A DNA stretch of 64,000 nucleotides from Somniosus microcephalus (Eukaryota): positions 71,300,001 to 71,364,000 of the forward strand of contig CM126217.1 of assembly GCA_052327205.1 (NCBI GenBank). Reading direction: 5' to 3'. Positions 49,022 to 61,032 of the stretch are shown in pieces; positions within the stretch are counted from its first letter, which is position 1, and each line of letters opens with the position of its first letter. The position numbers were made by a program, and so were the translations under genes. The notes beneath the pieces are model-generated. The model was not told where the DNA came from. It was given only the letters and a program-made list of their open reading frames with translations, and searched no databases.

Positions 49022-52000
49022 TGTAATGTCCGTGTGTAATTGAGACACGGACTGCAGAAGTTGGTTATAACAGGTGTTTACTGAATGGAGACAAAACTGG
49101 AACTATTATACAAAGTTACTACACAGGCTTATATACAGGGGTGGTCACTACTGGTACTGCAGTATACAGGGGCTGCAGAATATAGTTCCTTCTTCAAGGT
49201 ACATACACTACAATTCCACCCCTTTTAGCTAAACAGTACATAACATTCGATTAATAATTAAATAACATATTTACAATTACAGTTGCTATATACATTAGCT
49301 GAAGTTAATCAATTATAAATTCAGTCTTTGAGGAGGCTTCCTGATTCTGTCCGGATAACGCCTGTTTCGGGTATCAGGTTCTTCTGGCAAAGTTGATTCG
49401 GGATCAACGTCATTGTTTGGTTCGTCTGCTTCCAATATCACCGATTTCTGAGGTAGATGCAATTGGTACTTCGGTTTCATCACCAGGTGTATAGGATCGT
49501 GGTGTAGATTTGACGTTTTCCAGTGACTCTAGAATCTGGTCAGCATGGCGTCTTACAATGCTCTCTCCAACGTCCATGGTATACATTAGAGGTCCTTGCC
49601 GTGTGCAGATCGTTCCTGGCTGCCATTTCTCTGTGCAGTAGTCCCAGGCCAAAACTGGTTGACCTATCTTGAAACTCCTGGTTGGCCTTTCATTCATATT
49701 CTGAAACTGCCTGTTCTCCACATCTCTTCTGATGTTTGGCTTAACCAAATCCAAGCGGCATCTTAGTCTTCGATTGAAGAACATCATGGCTGGAGTTTGG
49801 TTGGTAACCGCATGTGTCGCTTTCCGGTAGGCAAACAAGAAGTTATCCACCTTGTGTTGTAGGGGTATGTCTTAATTACACATTGCCTTGATAGCCTTCT
49901 TGAATGTTTGAACGAACCTCTCAGCCAATCCATTGATGGGTGGATGATATGGGGCGGATGTGTAATGCTTAACCCAATTGTTCTTTAAGAACCTCCGGAA
50001 CTCTTCAGACACAAACTGTGGTCCATTGTCGGAGCAAATCTGTTCAGGCAGCCCATTTCTGGCAAATATGGTTCGTAAGACTGTGATAGTTTTTTCTGTG
50101 GTAGTTGAGGACATTTTTATTACCTCTGGCCACTTTGAATGTGCATCCACCGCAATTAAAAACATCGAGTCCATAAATGGACCAGCAAAATCAATGTGCA
50201 CCCTTTGCCATGGAGATGAGGGCCACTCCCATGGATGTAGAGGGGCTTGTGGTGGGGCGTTTTGGACCTTCTGGCATCCTGTACAGCTCTTGGTCATCTC
50301 TTCGATTTCTCTATCGATTCCCGGCCACCACACAAACGCTCTGGCTAAGTTTTTCATTTTTACCCCTCCCAGATGACCCTCATGAAGCTCATTGAGCACT
50401 CTATCCTTCAATTTGGGTGGAATTACTACTCTGGATCCACACATCACGGTACCTCGGCACACTGACAGCTGTTCTCTTCTCGGCGAGAATGCTGGCAACA
50501 GTGGTTCACCATGTGCTGGCCATCCCTTCACCGTTAAATCATAGACCCTGGAGAGTGCCGGGTCATTTCGTGTTTCCTTTTCTATGTTTGCATTCGTCAC
50601 AGGTAAACATTCGACTATGGTCGAGTGGAATATCTCCACAGGATCCACTGCAGGTGCTTCTTCCACCGTCGGCAACGGTAGGCGCGACAATCCATCAGCA
50701 TTCCCATGCTGTTTAGTTCCTTTGTACTCGATGTCATATTGGTGTGCCCCTAGGAAAAGGGACCACCTCTGTAGCCGTTGTGCTGTCATTATCGGGACGC
50801 CCTTCTTAGGGTTGAAAATGGAGACAAGAGGTTGATGATCAGTTAGTAGAGTAAATTTCTGTCCGTGCAGGTAGTGATTGAACTTCTTCACCCCCCACAC
50901 CAGGCTGAGGGCCTCTCTGTCAATCTGGGCATAGTTACGCTCGGCTGCAGTTAACGAGCGTGACGCAAAAGCTATCGGCCTCTCTGAACCATCAAGGGAT
51001 TTATGTGACAGTACCGCTCCAGCGCCGTAGGGAGACGCATCACACACCAGTCTTATCGGCAGTGATGGGTTGTAGTGAGCCAATACTTCTCTTGAAGTGA
51101 TCAGGCCTTTACACTTCTGAAAGGCCCGCTTACATTCATCGCTCCATTTCCATGCTACTCCAGTTTGTAGCAGGGTGTTCAGTGGGTGCAGAATTGTGGA
51201 AAAATTCAGCAAAAACTTATGGTAGTAATTCACCAATCCGAGGAATGACCTCAGTTGCGACACATTTTCAGGCGCTGGAGCCTTAACTACCGCTTTAATT
51301 TTGTCAGGGGACTTATGTAACCCCTCTTCATCAATCACGTGGCCACAATACGATATTTGTTTCTTTAAAAACTCGCACTTGGGGCGATTGGCTCGTAGCC
51401 CATGTTCTCTTAGTCTAGTGAGCACCTGCTCTAGGTTGGCAAGGTGTTCACTGTCATTTTCACCTGTCACTAGGATGTCGTCCAAGTAACACTGAGTCCC
51501 CGGAATCCCTAGCAGGACTTGTTCCATCGCTCTTTGCCATATAGCCGGAGCTGATGCTACTCCGAATACCAGTCGATTATACTGGTAAAGACCTTTGTGA
51601 GTGTTTATCGTGAGATATTTCCTAGAGGATTCTTCAACCTCCATCTGCAAATATGCTTGCGCTAGGTCAATTTTTGTAAAACGTTTCCCTCCAGATAGTG
51701 AGGCGAAAATATCTTCTATCCTCGGAAGAGGATACTATACTGTGTGAAGGACTGGGTTCACAGTCACCTTGAAGTCCCCACAGATGCGAACCTTCCTTGG
51801 CTCCTCAGACTTATTGTTTAACGTTTTCTTCATGACAGGAACGATGGGTGTCGCCCACTTGCTCCAGTCTACCTTAGATAACACGCCTGCATTCTCCAGA
51901 TTCTCCAGCTCTGCCTCGACGGCTGGGCGAATTGCATACGGTACCGGTCTTGCTTTGAAAAACTTGGGAATTGCATCCTCTTCTATTTTTATCGAGGCGG

Positions 52001-54200
52001 TTACGCCTTTAAGAGTTCCCAGTCCTTGTTGAAATACCTCTTTGGCGTTAGCTAAGATTTTTGACAATCATCCAGGTGTGACGTCGTCATCCTTTTTACC
52101 AGCCACAGTCAGTGCCTGAATGGAGTGCCAGTCTAAACTTATCTTTCTGATCCATTCACGTCCCAATAATGGTGGTCCACCATCTTGCAGTATGTACAGA
52201 TACAATTTCTGTATTTCCTTGCTGTTGTATTTGACAGGCACCCTTATTTTCCCTCTGGGGTATACTTTCTGCCCCGTATATATCTTCAAGACAATGGATG
52301 TGTCTTTCAAGGGTATGTGTGAGAATAGCCGCTCGTAGTCTCGTCGATTCATGACGGTCAGGGCTGATCCTGTATCCAATTCCATTTTGACTTGGGACCC
52401 TGCTATCGTGAGGGTGACCCAAATGGTTCGGTGATCCTCTTTTGCGATTACGTTGTGTAGTTTGAGACAGCTTAGTCTCTTGTTCCCGGATTCACTATCG
52501 CTCTTCTGGTCTTCGGAACTACTGTCCGTCATCTTTTGTACTTTCCTGTACTTTTCCTTAGTAGCCTTTTTGTTGTCGTTAGTCTTCTTCCCGGACCTGC
52601 AAACTCGTGCAATGTGTCCCATTTTTCCGCATTGCCTGCATGTTTTGTCCTTGGACCAGCAGTCCTTCTGGTCATGGGTTGTTCTGCCGCAGCGATAACA
52701 TTTTTCAAATCCCCGTGTCATTTCATGGGTGCCGTATTCCTGTGGCTTTTGCTGTATTTCTGCAGCTCCCCTTGCTGCTGCTTCGTACGATACTGTCATG
52801 CTGAAAGCCTTATCTAGCGTCAGCTCTTTCTCTGAGAGTAACCTCTTCTGGGTTCCTTCACTCAGGAGTCCACAGACAAATTTGTCCCGTAGGGTATCTA
52901 CCAGTCCTGCTCCGAACTGGCAGTGCTTTGATAGCTTGCGTAGTTCCGTAAGGTAATCAGCATTGCTCTCATCTTTATGCTGATTTCTCTTGTGGAATTT
53001 AAATCTTTCTGCTATCAGCAGCGGTGTAGGATTTAGGTGTTCCTGTAGGATATCAACAATTTCGTTAAAACTCTTCTCCATCGGTTTGACTGGAGTGATC
53101 AAATTCCGCAATAGACCGTACGTTCTTGCGCCCATTAAGTTTAGTAGTACCGATGCCTTTTTCTCATCGGCTACTTCATTTGCCTTGCAATATACTTCGA
53201 CTCTTTCCACATACGTGGTCCAGTCTTCTATTGCATTATCGAAGGCAGTGATATTGCCAGTCTTCGGCATCTTGGAGATCTAAGATGGCGCCTCCCGCGC
53301 TTTGCCTTCTTCCCCGATTGAACAAAATGGCGCCTCCCGCGCTTTGCCTTCTTCCCCGCTGGATTAAGATGGCGCCTCCCGCGCTTTCTGCCTTTTCCGC
53401 TGCTGCCAGCGCTGTTGGTGGCGTTTTTATGCCTTGATGGCAACGCCCTATGGTCTTCGCGCGCTTCCCCCCGCGCTGCTGCCAACGCCGCTCTCCACGG
53501 TTCCCGTGGCAAACTGCAGCTCCTCGCGGCTTTCTGTGCTTCTAATTTCTTTTTCTTTTATTACTGTTCCCGTCGTCAGAGCAGACCCTGTGGGACACTT
53601 CCCTCCCTCTTCTCGGGTCTGTTCGCTGCCCGGTTTCGTAGCACCGGCCGCGCCCTGTGTGCTCCACCCTCTCTCTCTCCTCTTCCCGACAACGCTGCTC
53701 GGCCCCGTTGAAAAGCCACCCGATCGAGCTCTAGCCCGCCGCAGCCCAGGAAGGATCAGTGTACTACCTGCCACCAGCCCGATTAGCTGGAACACCATAG
53801 ACTGGAGAACCAAGCCCAGCTCTCGACAGCCTCTCCTGCAAACCTTCGAATTCGATGAATCAGAGGGCGGTTGCCCACGGTCGACGCCCGTTTCTTCTGT
53901 TTGTTTGTTTTTTCTTTTTGGATTTCTTCCTTCTGGCTTCGACCTCTAATAACTTCGCTTCAGGGATGGCTCCCCGTGAGGTGGTGCAGAACTGTAGGTA
54001 AGTTCGGATCTGTTCGTCGCCAATGTAATGTCCGTGTGTAATTGAGACACGGACTGCAGAAGTTGGTTATAACAGGTGTTTACTGAATGGAGACAAAACT
54101 GGAACTACTATACAAAGTTACTACACAGGCTTATATACAGGGTACTGCAGTATACAGGGGCTGCAGAATATAGTTCCTTCTTCAAGGTACATACACTACA
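49022..54200 (-). mobile_element. Full-length Ty3/Gypsy LTR retrotransposon, Mag-clade-like
   Basis: LTRs 49022-49212 and 54024-54200; 5-bp TSD CTTAC; PBS TGGCGACGA; gag from 53270 with two CCHC knuckles; DTGS, YLDD, DAS RNase H, IN; a few stops and a frameshift. Confidence 0.93.
53281..53398. repeat. Three ~42-bp tandem repeats in the Gypsy 5' leader
   Basis: aa(g/a)atggcgcctcccgcgcttt unit x3. Confidence 0.85.
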
Positions 54201-54234
54201 CTTACGGTCCCAGGTAGCCTGTACTGGTCTTTAT

Positions 54235-55112
54235 AAGAACATAAGAATTAGGAGCAGGAGCAGGCCATACGGCCCCTCGAGCTTGCTTCGCCAGTCAATG
54301 ATCTTCGACCTCAACTTCACTTTCCCGCCAAAACCCCATATTGCTAGATTCCCCTAGAGTCCAAAATCTATCTATCTCAGCCTTTAATGCACTCAACACA
54401 GCCTTTTGGATTAAGTTAAAGAATTCCAAAGATTTATAACCCTCTGAGTGAAGAAATTCTTCCTCATCGCAGTCTTAAATGGCTGACCCCTTATCCTGAG
54501 ACTATGCCCCCTAGTTCTAGACTCTCCAACCAGGGGAAACAACCTCCCAGCGTTCCCCTCAGAATCTTATATATTTCAATGAGATCACCGCTCATTCTTC
54601 TAAACTCCAGAGAGTATAGGCCCAATCTACTCAATCTCTCCTCATAGGACAACCCTCTCATCCCAGGAATCAATCTAGTGAACCTTCATTGCACCGCCTC
54701 CGAGGCAAGTATATCCTTCCTCAGATAAGGAGACCAAAACTGTGCACCGTACTCCAGGTGTGGTCTCACCAAGGCCCTGTACAATTGTAGCAAGACTTCC
54801 TTACTCTTATACTCCAACCCCCTTGCAATAAAGGCCAACATGCCATTTGCCTTCCTAATTGCTTGCTGTACCTGAAAGCTAACTCTCTGTTTCCTGTACG
54901 AGGACACCTAAATCTCTCTGAACACCAACATTTAATAGTTTCTCACCATTTAAAAATTACTCTGTTTTTCTATTCTTCCTGCCAAAGTGAATAACCTCAC
55001 ATTTCCCCACATTATACTCCATCTGCCACCTTATTGCCCACTCATTTAACCTGTCTATATCCTTTTTCAGGCTCTTTGTCTCCTACTCACAGCTTACTTT
55101 CCCACCTAGCTT
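54235..55112 (-). mobile_element. CR1 LINE 3' part
   Basis: [15 protein letters not shown]; CR1 tail. Confidence 0.9.
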
Positions 55113-55114
55113 TC

Positions 55115-55552
55115 TGCTCAGTGGGTAGCACTCTCGTCAGAAGGTCGTGGGTTCAAAGTCCCACTCCAGAGACTTGAGCACAAAAAACTAGGCTGACACT
55201 CCAGTGCAGTGCTGAGGGAGTGCTGCACTGTCGGAGGTGCCGTCTTTCAGATGAAATGTTAAACTGAGGCTCTGTCTGTCCCCTTTGGTGGACATGAAAG
55301 ATCCCATGGCACTATTTCGAAGAATTATCCCATGTCCTGGCCAATATTTATCCCTCAACCAACATCACTGGTCACTGATGATCTGGTAATGATCACATTG
55401 CTGTTTGTGGGAACTTGCTGTGTGCAATTTGGCTGCCACGTTTCCTACATTACAACAGTGACTACACTTTAAAAAAAAGTACTTCAATGGCTGTATAGTA
55501 CTTTGGGACGTCCGGTGGTCGTGAAAGGTGCTATATAAATGCAAGTCTTTCT
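55115..55552 (+). mobile_element. tRNA-derived Deu-domain SINE (SacSINE1-like) with L2-like tail
   Basis: A/B-box-like gctcagtgggtag / ggttcaaagtcc; gaggtgccgtctttcagatga and aaagatcccatggcact core; tail gctatataaatgcaagt. Confidence 0.75.
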
Positions 55553-55756
55553 TTTTATCTTCAGCAATATGCATTGATATGTAATCATGCCCTTTTATTA
55601 ATATTTATTTTAGTTAGTTACATCATTACAAATAAACAGGCAGCTTTAACTTTATGGAAAAAAGAAAATACTGCAGATGCTGGAAATCTGAAATAAAAAC
55701 AGAAAATGCTGGAGATACTCAGCAGGTCAGGCAGCATCTGTGAAGAGAGAAACAGA

Positions 55757-55791
55757 GTTAACGTTTCAGGTCGATAACCTTTCGTCAGAAC
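55757..55791 (-). ncRNA. Minimal type I hammerhead ribozyme (Penelope-associated)
   Basis: gtt-CTGACGA-aaggttatcgacct-GAAACGTT-aac. Confidence 0.7.
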
Positions 55792-57516
55792 TGGAAAAAA
55801 GCAGGAAATGGAACAGATTTTTAAGCAAGTGTAGGAGCTGGGAAAGGGGGGAGGGGATAAAGAACAAAAGGGAAGGTCTGTGATAGGATAGAAGGCAGGA
55901 GAGGTTAAGAGACATTAAGAGATATTCAACGCAAAAGGAGATGGTAATGGGACAGGTTAAGAAACAAAGGATGGCTCTAGATGAAGTGTAAATTGCGCTG
56001 GCAGAATGAAAGACAGCTGCCATGTGAGAGAGAAGAAAAGAAAACACAAACAAAAAAATAGGGTGGAAAAAAATATATATTGTAGGGGCCGAGGTTATGA
56101 TCTGAAATTGTTGAACTCTATGTTGAGTCCAGAAGGCTGTAAAGTGCCTAGTCGAAAGATGAGGTGCTGTTCCTCGAGCTTACGTTGAGCTTCAGTGGAA
56201 CAATGCAAGAGGCCGAGGACGGTGAGGTCTGAGTGGGAATGGAGCGGTGAATTAGTGACAGGCAACCGGAAGCTCGGGGTCCCCCTTACGGACTGAACAG
56301 AATAGGTTATTGACAAACATTCACTACAAGCCCACTGACTCCCACAGCTACCTGGACTACACTTCCTCCCACCCGCCTCCTGTAAGGACTCTATTCCATT
56401 CTCCCAGTTTCTCCGTCTCCGCTGCATCTGCTCTGACGATGCCACCTTCCATACCAGCGCTTCCGACATGTCTTCCTTTTTCCTCAACCAAGGATTCCCC
56501 TCTACTGTGGTTGACATGGCCCTTGACCCTGTCCGTTATATCTCCCGCACTTCTGCCCTCACCCCTGCCCCTCCCTCCCGGAGCCACGATAGGGTTCCCC
56601 TTGTCCTCACCTTTCACTCCACCAGCCTCCACATTCAACAGATCATCCTGCGCCATTTCTGCCACCTCTAGCGTGATCCCACCACCAAACACATCTTCCC
56701 CTCACCTCCCCTTTCAGCATTCCGAAGGGACCGCTCCCTCTGCGACACCCTGGTCCACTCCTCTATCACCCCCGACACCCCTTCCCCTTCGCCCGGCACC
56801 TTCCCGTGCAAGTGCAGGAGATGCAACACATACCCTTTTACCTCCCCCCTTCCCACTGCCCAGGGCCCCAAACACCCCTTCCAGGTGAAACAGCGATTTA
56901 CTTGTACTTCTTGCAATTTAGTATACTGTATTCGCTGCTCACGATGCGGTCTCCTCTACATTTGGGAGACCAAATGCAGATTGGGTGACCGCTTTGCGGA
57001 ACACCTCCATTCAGTCCATAAGGGGGACCCGAGCTCCCGGTGGCCTGTCACTAATTCACCGCTTCACTCCCACTCTGACCTCACCGTCCTCGGCCTCTTG
57101 CATTGTTCCACTGAAGCTCAGCGTAAGCGCGAGGAACAGCACCTCATCTTTCGATTAGGCACTTTACAGCCTTCTGGACTCAACATAGAGTTCAACAATT
57201 TCAGATCATAACCTCGGCCCCTATCATATATATATTTTTTTCCACCCTTTTTTTTGTTTGTGTTTTTTTTTCTTCTCTTCAACATGGCAGCTGTCTTTCA
57301 TTCTGCCAGCGCAATTTACACTTCATCTAGAGCCATCTTTTGTTTCTTAACCTGTCCCATTACCATCTCCTTTTGCGTTGAATACCTCTTAATGTCTCTT
57401 AACCTCTACTGCCTTCTATCCTATCACAGACCTTCCCTTTTGTTCTTTCATCCCCTCCCCCCTTCCCCAGCTCCTACACTTGCTTAAAAATCTGTTCCAG
57501 TTCCTGCATTTTTCCA

Positions 57517-57551
57517 GTTCTGACGAAAGGTCATCGACCTGAAACGTTAAC
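57517..57551 (+). ncRNA. Minimal type I hammerhead ribozyme (Penelope-associated)
   Basis: gtt-CTGACGA-a-aggtc-atc-gacct-GAAACGTT-aac: intact core, 5-bp stem II, palindromic stem III. Confidence 0.75.
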
Positions 57552-58404
57552 TTTGTTTCTCTCGTCACAGATGCTGCCTGACCTGCTGAGTATCTCCAGC
57601 ATTTTCTGTTTTTATTTTTAACTTTTATGAAATGTCACCGAGAGTATATTTTTTAAATTTTAGACTCAGTCACATCCATGTAAAACACTGGGGTTTACAA
57701 AGCAATCGGGGAACTTGAAATCCTCATTGACTGGATACACATGTATGCACAGTGAACAGGAAGGGGATGAACAGTGCGCCCCAGCGAAATAAATCCATTG
57801 GACAAAAGGCCACACATCTGAATTAGATGGCATTTCTTCCAATTGTTGCAATGGTCATTGTTTCATTGGAATAATTATTTAACCAAGACACAAATTGCCG
57901 CTGCTCAGCTCTCTGAACTGTTCTCTTTTCCCAAAGTATTATGAGCTAACAGTGTGTGCACAACGTGTTTATTTAAAATCATTTACGCAGAACCTATTTG
58001 ATTTATTTTTCCACATAAATGATCTTAATTGTAATAATATGTTCTTAAACGTAAACTTGCCAGAAATGTATGAATAAATACATACAACAGCATCCATTGC
58101 TATATAGCTAAAAATAAGCAACAGTGCTCAATTTGTTTATTGTTTTAAATACGAGAAAATAACCTAAACCCAATACACTAAGGGTGTAATACCGTAATGT
58201 AGAATATATCCATTTTTACTAAGGCATTAATCAAAAGATCTGCAACTCCTTGTAAGAAAAATGAAACATAAATAAAGGGGGCAATTATACTGTCACTGTT
58301 GTATTAAAGCAATGCCAAGTTGACAGTAAAAATCAAGAGTCAGGTCCTGATCTGACTTTGGAATACAGAGGTGTGAGATTCTCTTGGGAAGACCACCTTA
58401 TACT

Positions 58405-61032
58405 TTTCTTCTTAGGCAGTCCCTCGGAACCGAGGATGACTTGCTTCCACACTAAAAATGAGTTTGCAGGTGACTGATGAGTCCAATGCGGGACCTACAG
58501 TCTCTGTCACAGGTGGGGCAGACGGTGGTTGAAGGGGCGGGTGGGTGGGGTGCTTGGGTTGACGTGCGCTCATTCCGCTGCTTGCGCTTGGCTTCCGCTT
58601 GCTCCCGGCGAAGAGACTCGAGGTGTTCGGTGCCTTCCCGGATGCTTCTCCTCCACTTTGTGCGGTCTTGGGCCAGGGATTCCCAGGTGTCGGTGGGGAT
58701 GTTGCACTTTTTCACGGAGGCTTTGAGGGTGTCCTTGAAGCATTTCCTCTGCCCACCTGGGGCTCTCTTGCCGTGTCGGAGCTCCGAGTAGAGCACTTCT
58801 TTTGGGAGTCTCGTATCGGGCATGCGACCGATGTGGCCCGTCCATCGGAGCTGATCAAGCATGGTCAAAGCTTCGATACTGGGGATGTTGGCCTGAGTGA
58901 GAACACTGACGTTGGTGCGCCTATCCTGCCAATGAATTTGCAGGATCTTGCGGCGGCATCGTTGGTGGTACCTCTCCAATGCTTTGAGGTGCCTGCTGCA
59001 AATGGTCCATGTCTCTGAAACATACAGGAGGGCGGGTATCACTACTGCTCTGTAGACCATGAGCTTGGTGCTGGGTTTGACGTCCTGGTCTTCAAACACT
59101 CTCTTCCTCAGGCGACCGAAGTCTGCACTGGCACACTGAAGGCGGTGTTGGACTTCGTCATCGATGTCTGCCCTTGTTGACAGTAGGCTCCCGAGGTATG
59201 GAAAGTGGTCCACGTTGTCCAAGGCCTTGTCACTGATTTTGATAATTGGGGAGCAGTACTGTGTGGTGGGGGCAGGTTGGTAGAGGACTTTTGTCTTACA
59301 GATGTTTAGTGTAAGGCCCATATTCTCGTACGCTTTGGTGAAGGTGTTGATGATGGTTTGGAGTTCGACCTCAGAGTGTGCGCAGACGCAAGCGTTGTTT
59401 GTATACTGTAATTCGATGACAGAGGATGGGACGACCTTGGATCTGGACTGGAGACGACGGATGTTGAACAGTTTCCCGTTTGTTCTGTAGATTAGCTCCA
59501 CTCCAGCGGGGAGCTTACTGACGGTGAGATGGAGCATTGCAGCCAGGAAGATCGAGAAGAGCGTTGGTGCGATGACACAGCCTTGCTTGACCCCGGTCCA
59601 TACATGAATTGGGTCTGTGGTGGATCCGTTGGTCAGGATCACGGCTTGCATGTCGTCGTGAAGCAGGCGGAGGATGGTGACAAACTTTTGAGGGCAGCCA
59701 AATTTGAGGAGGACACTCCATAATCCCTCACGGTTGACCGTGTTGAAGGCCTTTGTGAGGTCAAAGAAGGCCATGTACAGCAGTTGGTGCTGTTCCCTGC
59801 ATTTCTCTTGTAGTTGACGCGTGGTGAAGATCATGTCCATTGTGCCCCTTAGTGGGCGGAATCCACATTGCGACTCTGGGAGGAGCTCTTCAGCCACTGG
59901 GAGAAGGCGATTAAGGAGGATTCTTGCGATGACTTTCCCTGTGGCAGACAGCAGGGAGACTCCTCTGTAATTACCGCAATCAGGCTTGTCACCTTTCTTG
60001 AAGATGGTCACGATTACGGCGTCTCTGAGATACCCTGGCATGCTCTCCTCTTTCCAAATAAGAGAAATGAGCTCATGTATCCGCGCCAATAGTGCTTCTC
60101 CGCCATGTTTTAGCGCCTCGGCAGGGATTCCATCTGCTCCTGAGACCTTGTTGTTCTTCAATTGTTGGATGGCCTTTTCAACCACATGCCAGGTTGGGGT
60201 TGCGTTGAGATGGTGGTGGGTAGCATGCTGCGGGATGGAGTTGAGGACACTTGCATCGAAGGCAGAGTCTCAGTTAAGGAGATCTTCGAAGTGCTCCTTC
60301 CAGCGGGCACTGACTGCCTCTCTGTCCTTGATGAGTACCTCATCATTCTTGGCCCACAGTGGGGTCGGTGTCATAACCAACACCTTGTTCCATCAGAGAG
60401 ACAAGTACAAGGCTTCATGGCAACACCCCCGCTCCAAGCACTGGCATCTGCTGGACTACGTCATCGACCAAGCGAGAGACTGCAAGGACGTCTGCATCAC
60501 CCACGCCATGGAGCTGACGACTGCTGAACAGACCACCGCCTAATCCGCTCTGTCATCTCCATCAATGTAGCCCCAAAACAGCGGCGGAAACAGAAGCAAT
60601 GCCGCAGGAAAATTAACGCTGGAGCACTCAAAGACCCTGCTAAGAAAGCCCTATTCAGCCTGCACCTCACAACCAACCTGACGACTTCCAGTGATTCAGA
60701 GACCCACAGCGCCTGGTCTGCACTCAAGGCCTCCATAATCAGCACCTGTGAAGAGACGCTTGGTCACTCAACCAAGAAACACCAAGACTGAACGACCAGG
60801 AGATCCAGGAGCTAATAAGCCGCAAGTGCAAGGCATTCCTGATCTGGAAACAGCAACTGAACTCGACAGCAAGAAAGCAGCTCTACAGACGCCGGAAGGC
60901 CGAGGTCCAACAAAAAACTCGCGACCTAAAGAACAGATGGTGGGTGGAGAAAGCGCAGGAGATCCAGCAGCTAGCCGACAACCACGACGTGCGTGGATTC
61001 TTTAGCACAGTCAAGACCACCTACAGCCCAAG
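58405..61032 (-). mobile_element. RTE-clade LINE with inverted 5' segment (~60369-61032 on +)
   Basis: 577-aa RT ORF 58452-60185 (QCGFR, GVKQGCVIAP, YADD decayed to YTNN, C-terminal CPTC..H); the upstream SWQHPRSKHWHLLDY segment is on the opposite strand; TSD caccttatact at 58394-58404 and 61033-61043. Confidence 0.92.

Larger units (their letters stand above)
55657..57617. mobile_element. Penelope-like element with inverted 3' duplication (minus arm 55657-56310, plus body 56310-57617)
   Basis: RT thumb YKPTDSHSYLDYTSSH; GIY-YIG NLVYCIRC..LYIWET..RFAEH; ~650-bp inverted arms; flanking tttaacttt(t)atg duplication. Confidence 0.9.
41258..57755 (+). pseudogene. IL26: IL-26-like (IL-10 family) cytokine gene, probably pseudogenised
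   Basis: e1 41258-41431 is open: signal peptide plus TCFKN..LKQLSSMVRTVTASVP|gtgagt, phase 0. Candidate e2 48499-48578 (SDRDHTSERVLF). Candidate e3 48657-48807 (HACAFK/WLLFY/..SKC|gtaggt, frameshifted). e5 57678-57755 M*NTGVYKAIGELEILIDWIHMYAQ*. AU-rich 3' region with AATAAA at 58073. Orthology is not proven. Confidence 0.7.

Noticed and set aside
55115-55190. tRNA gene
   Set aside because: tRNA-derived SINE head without a complete cloverleaf.
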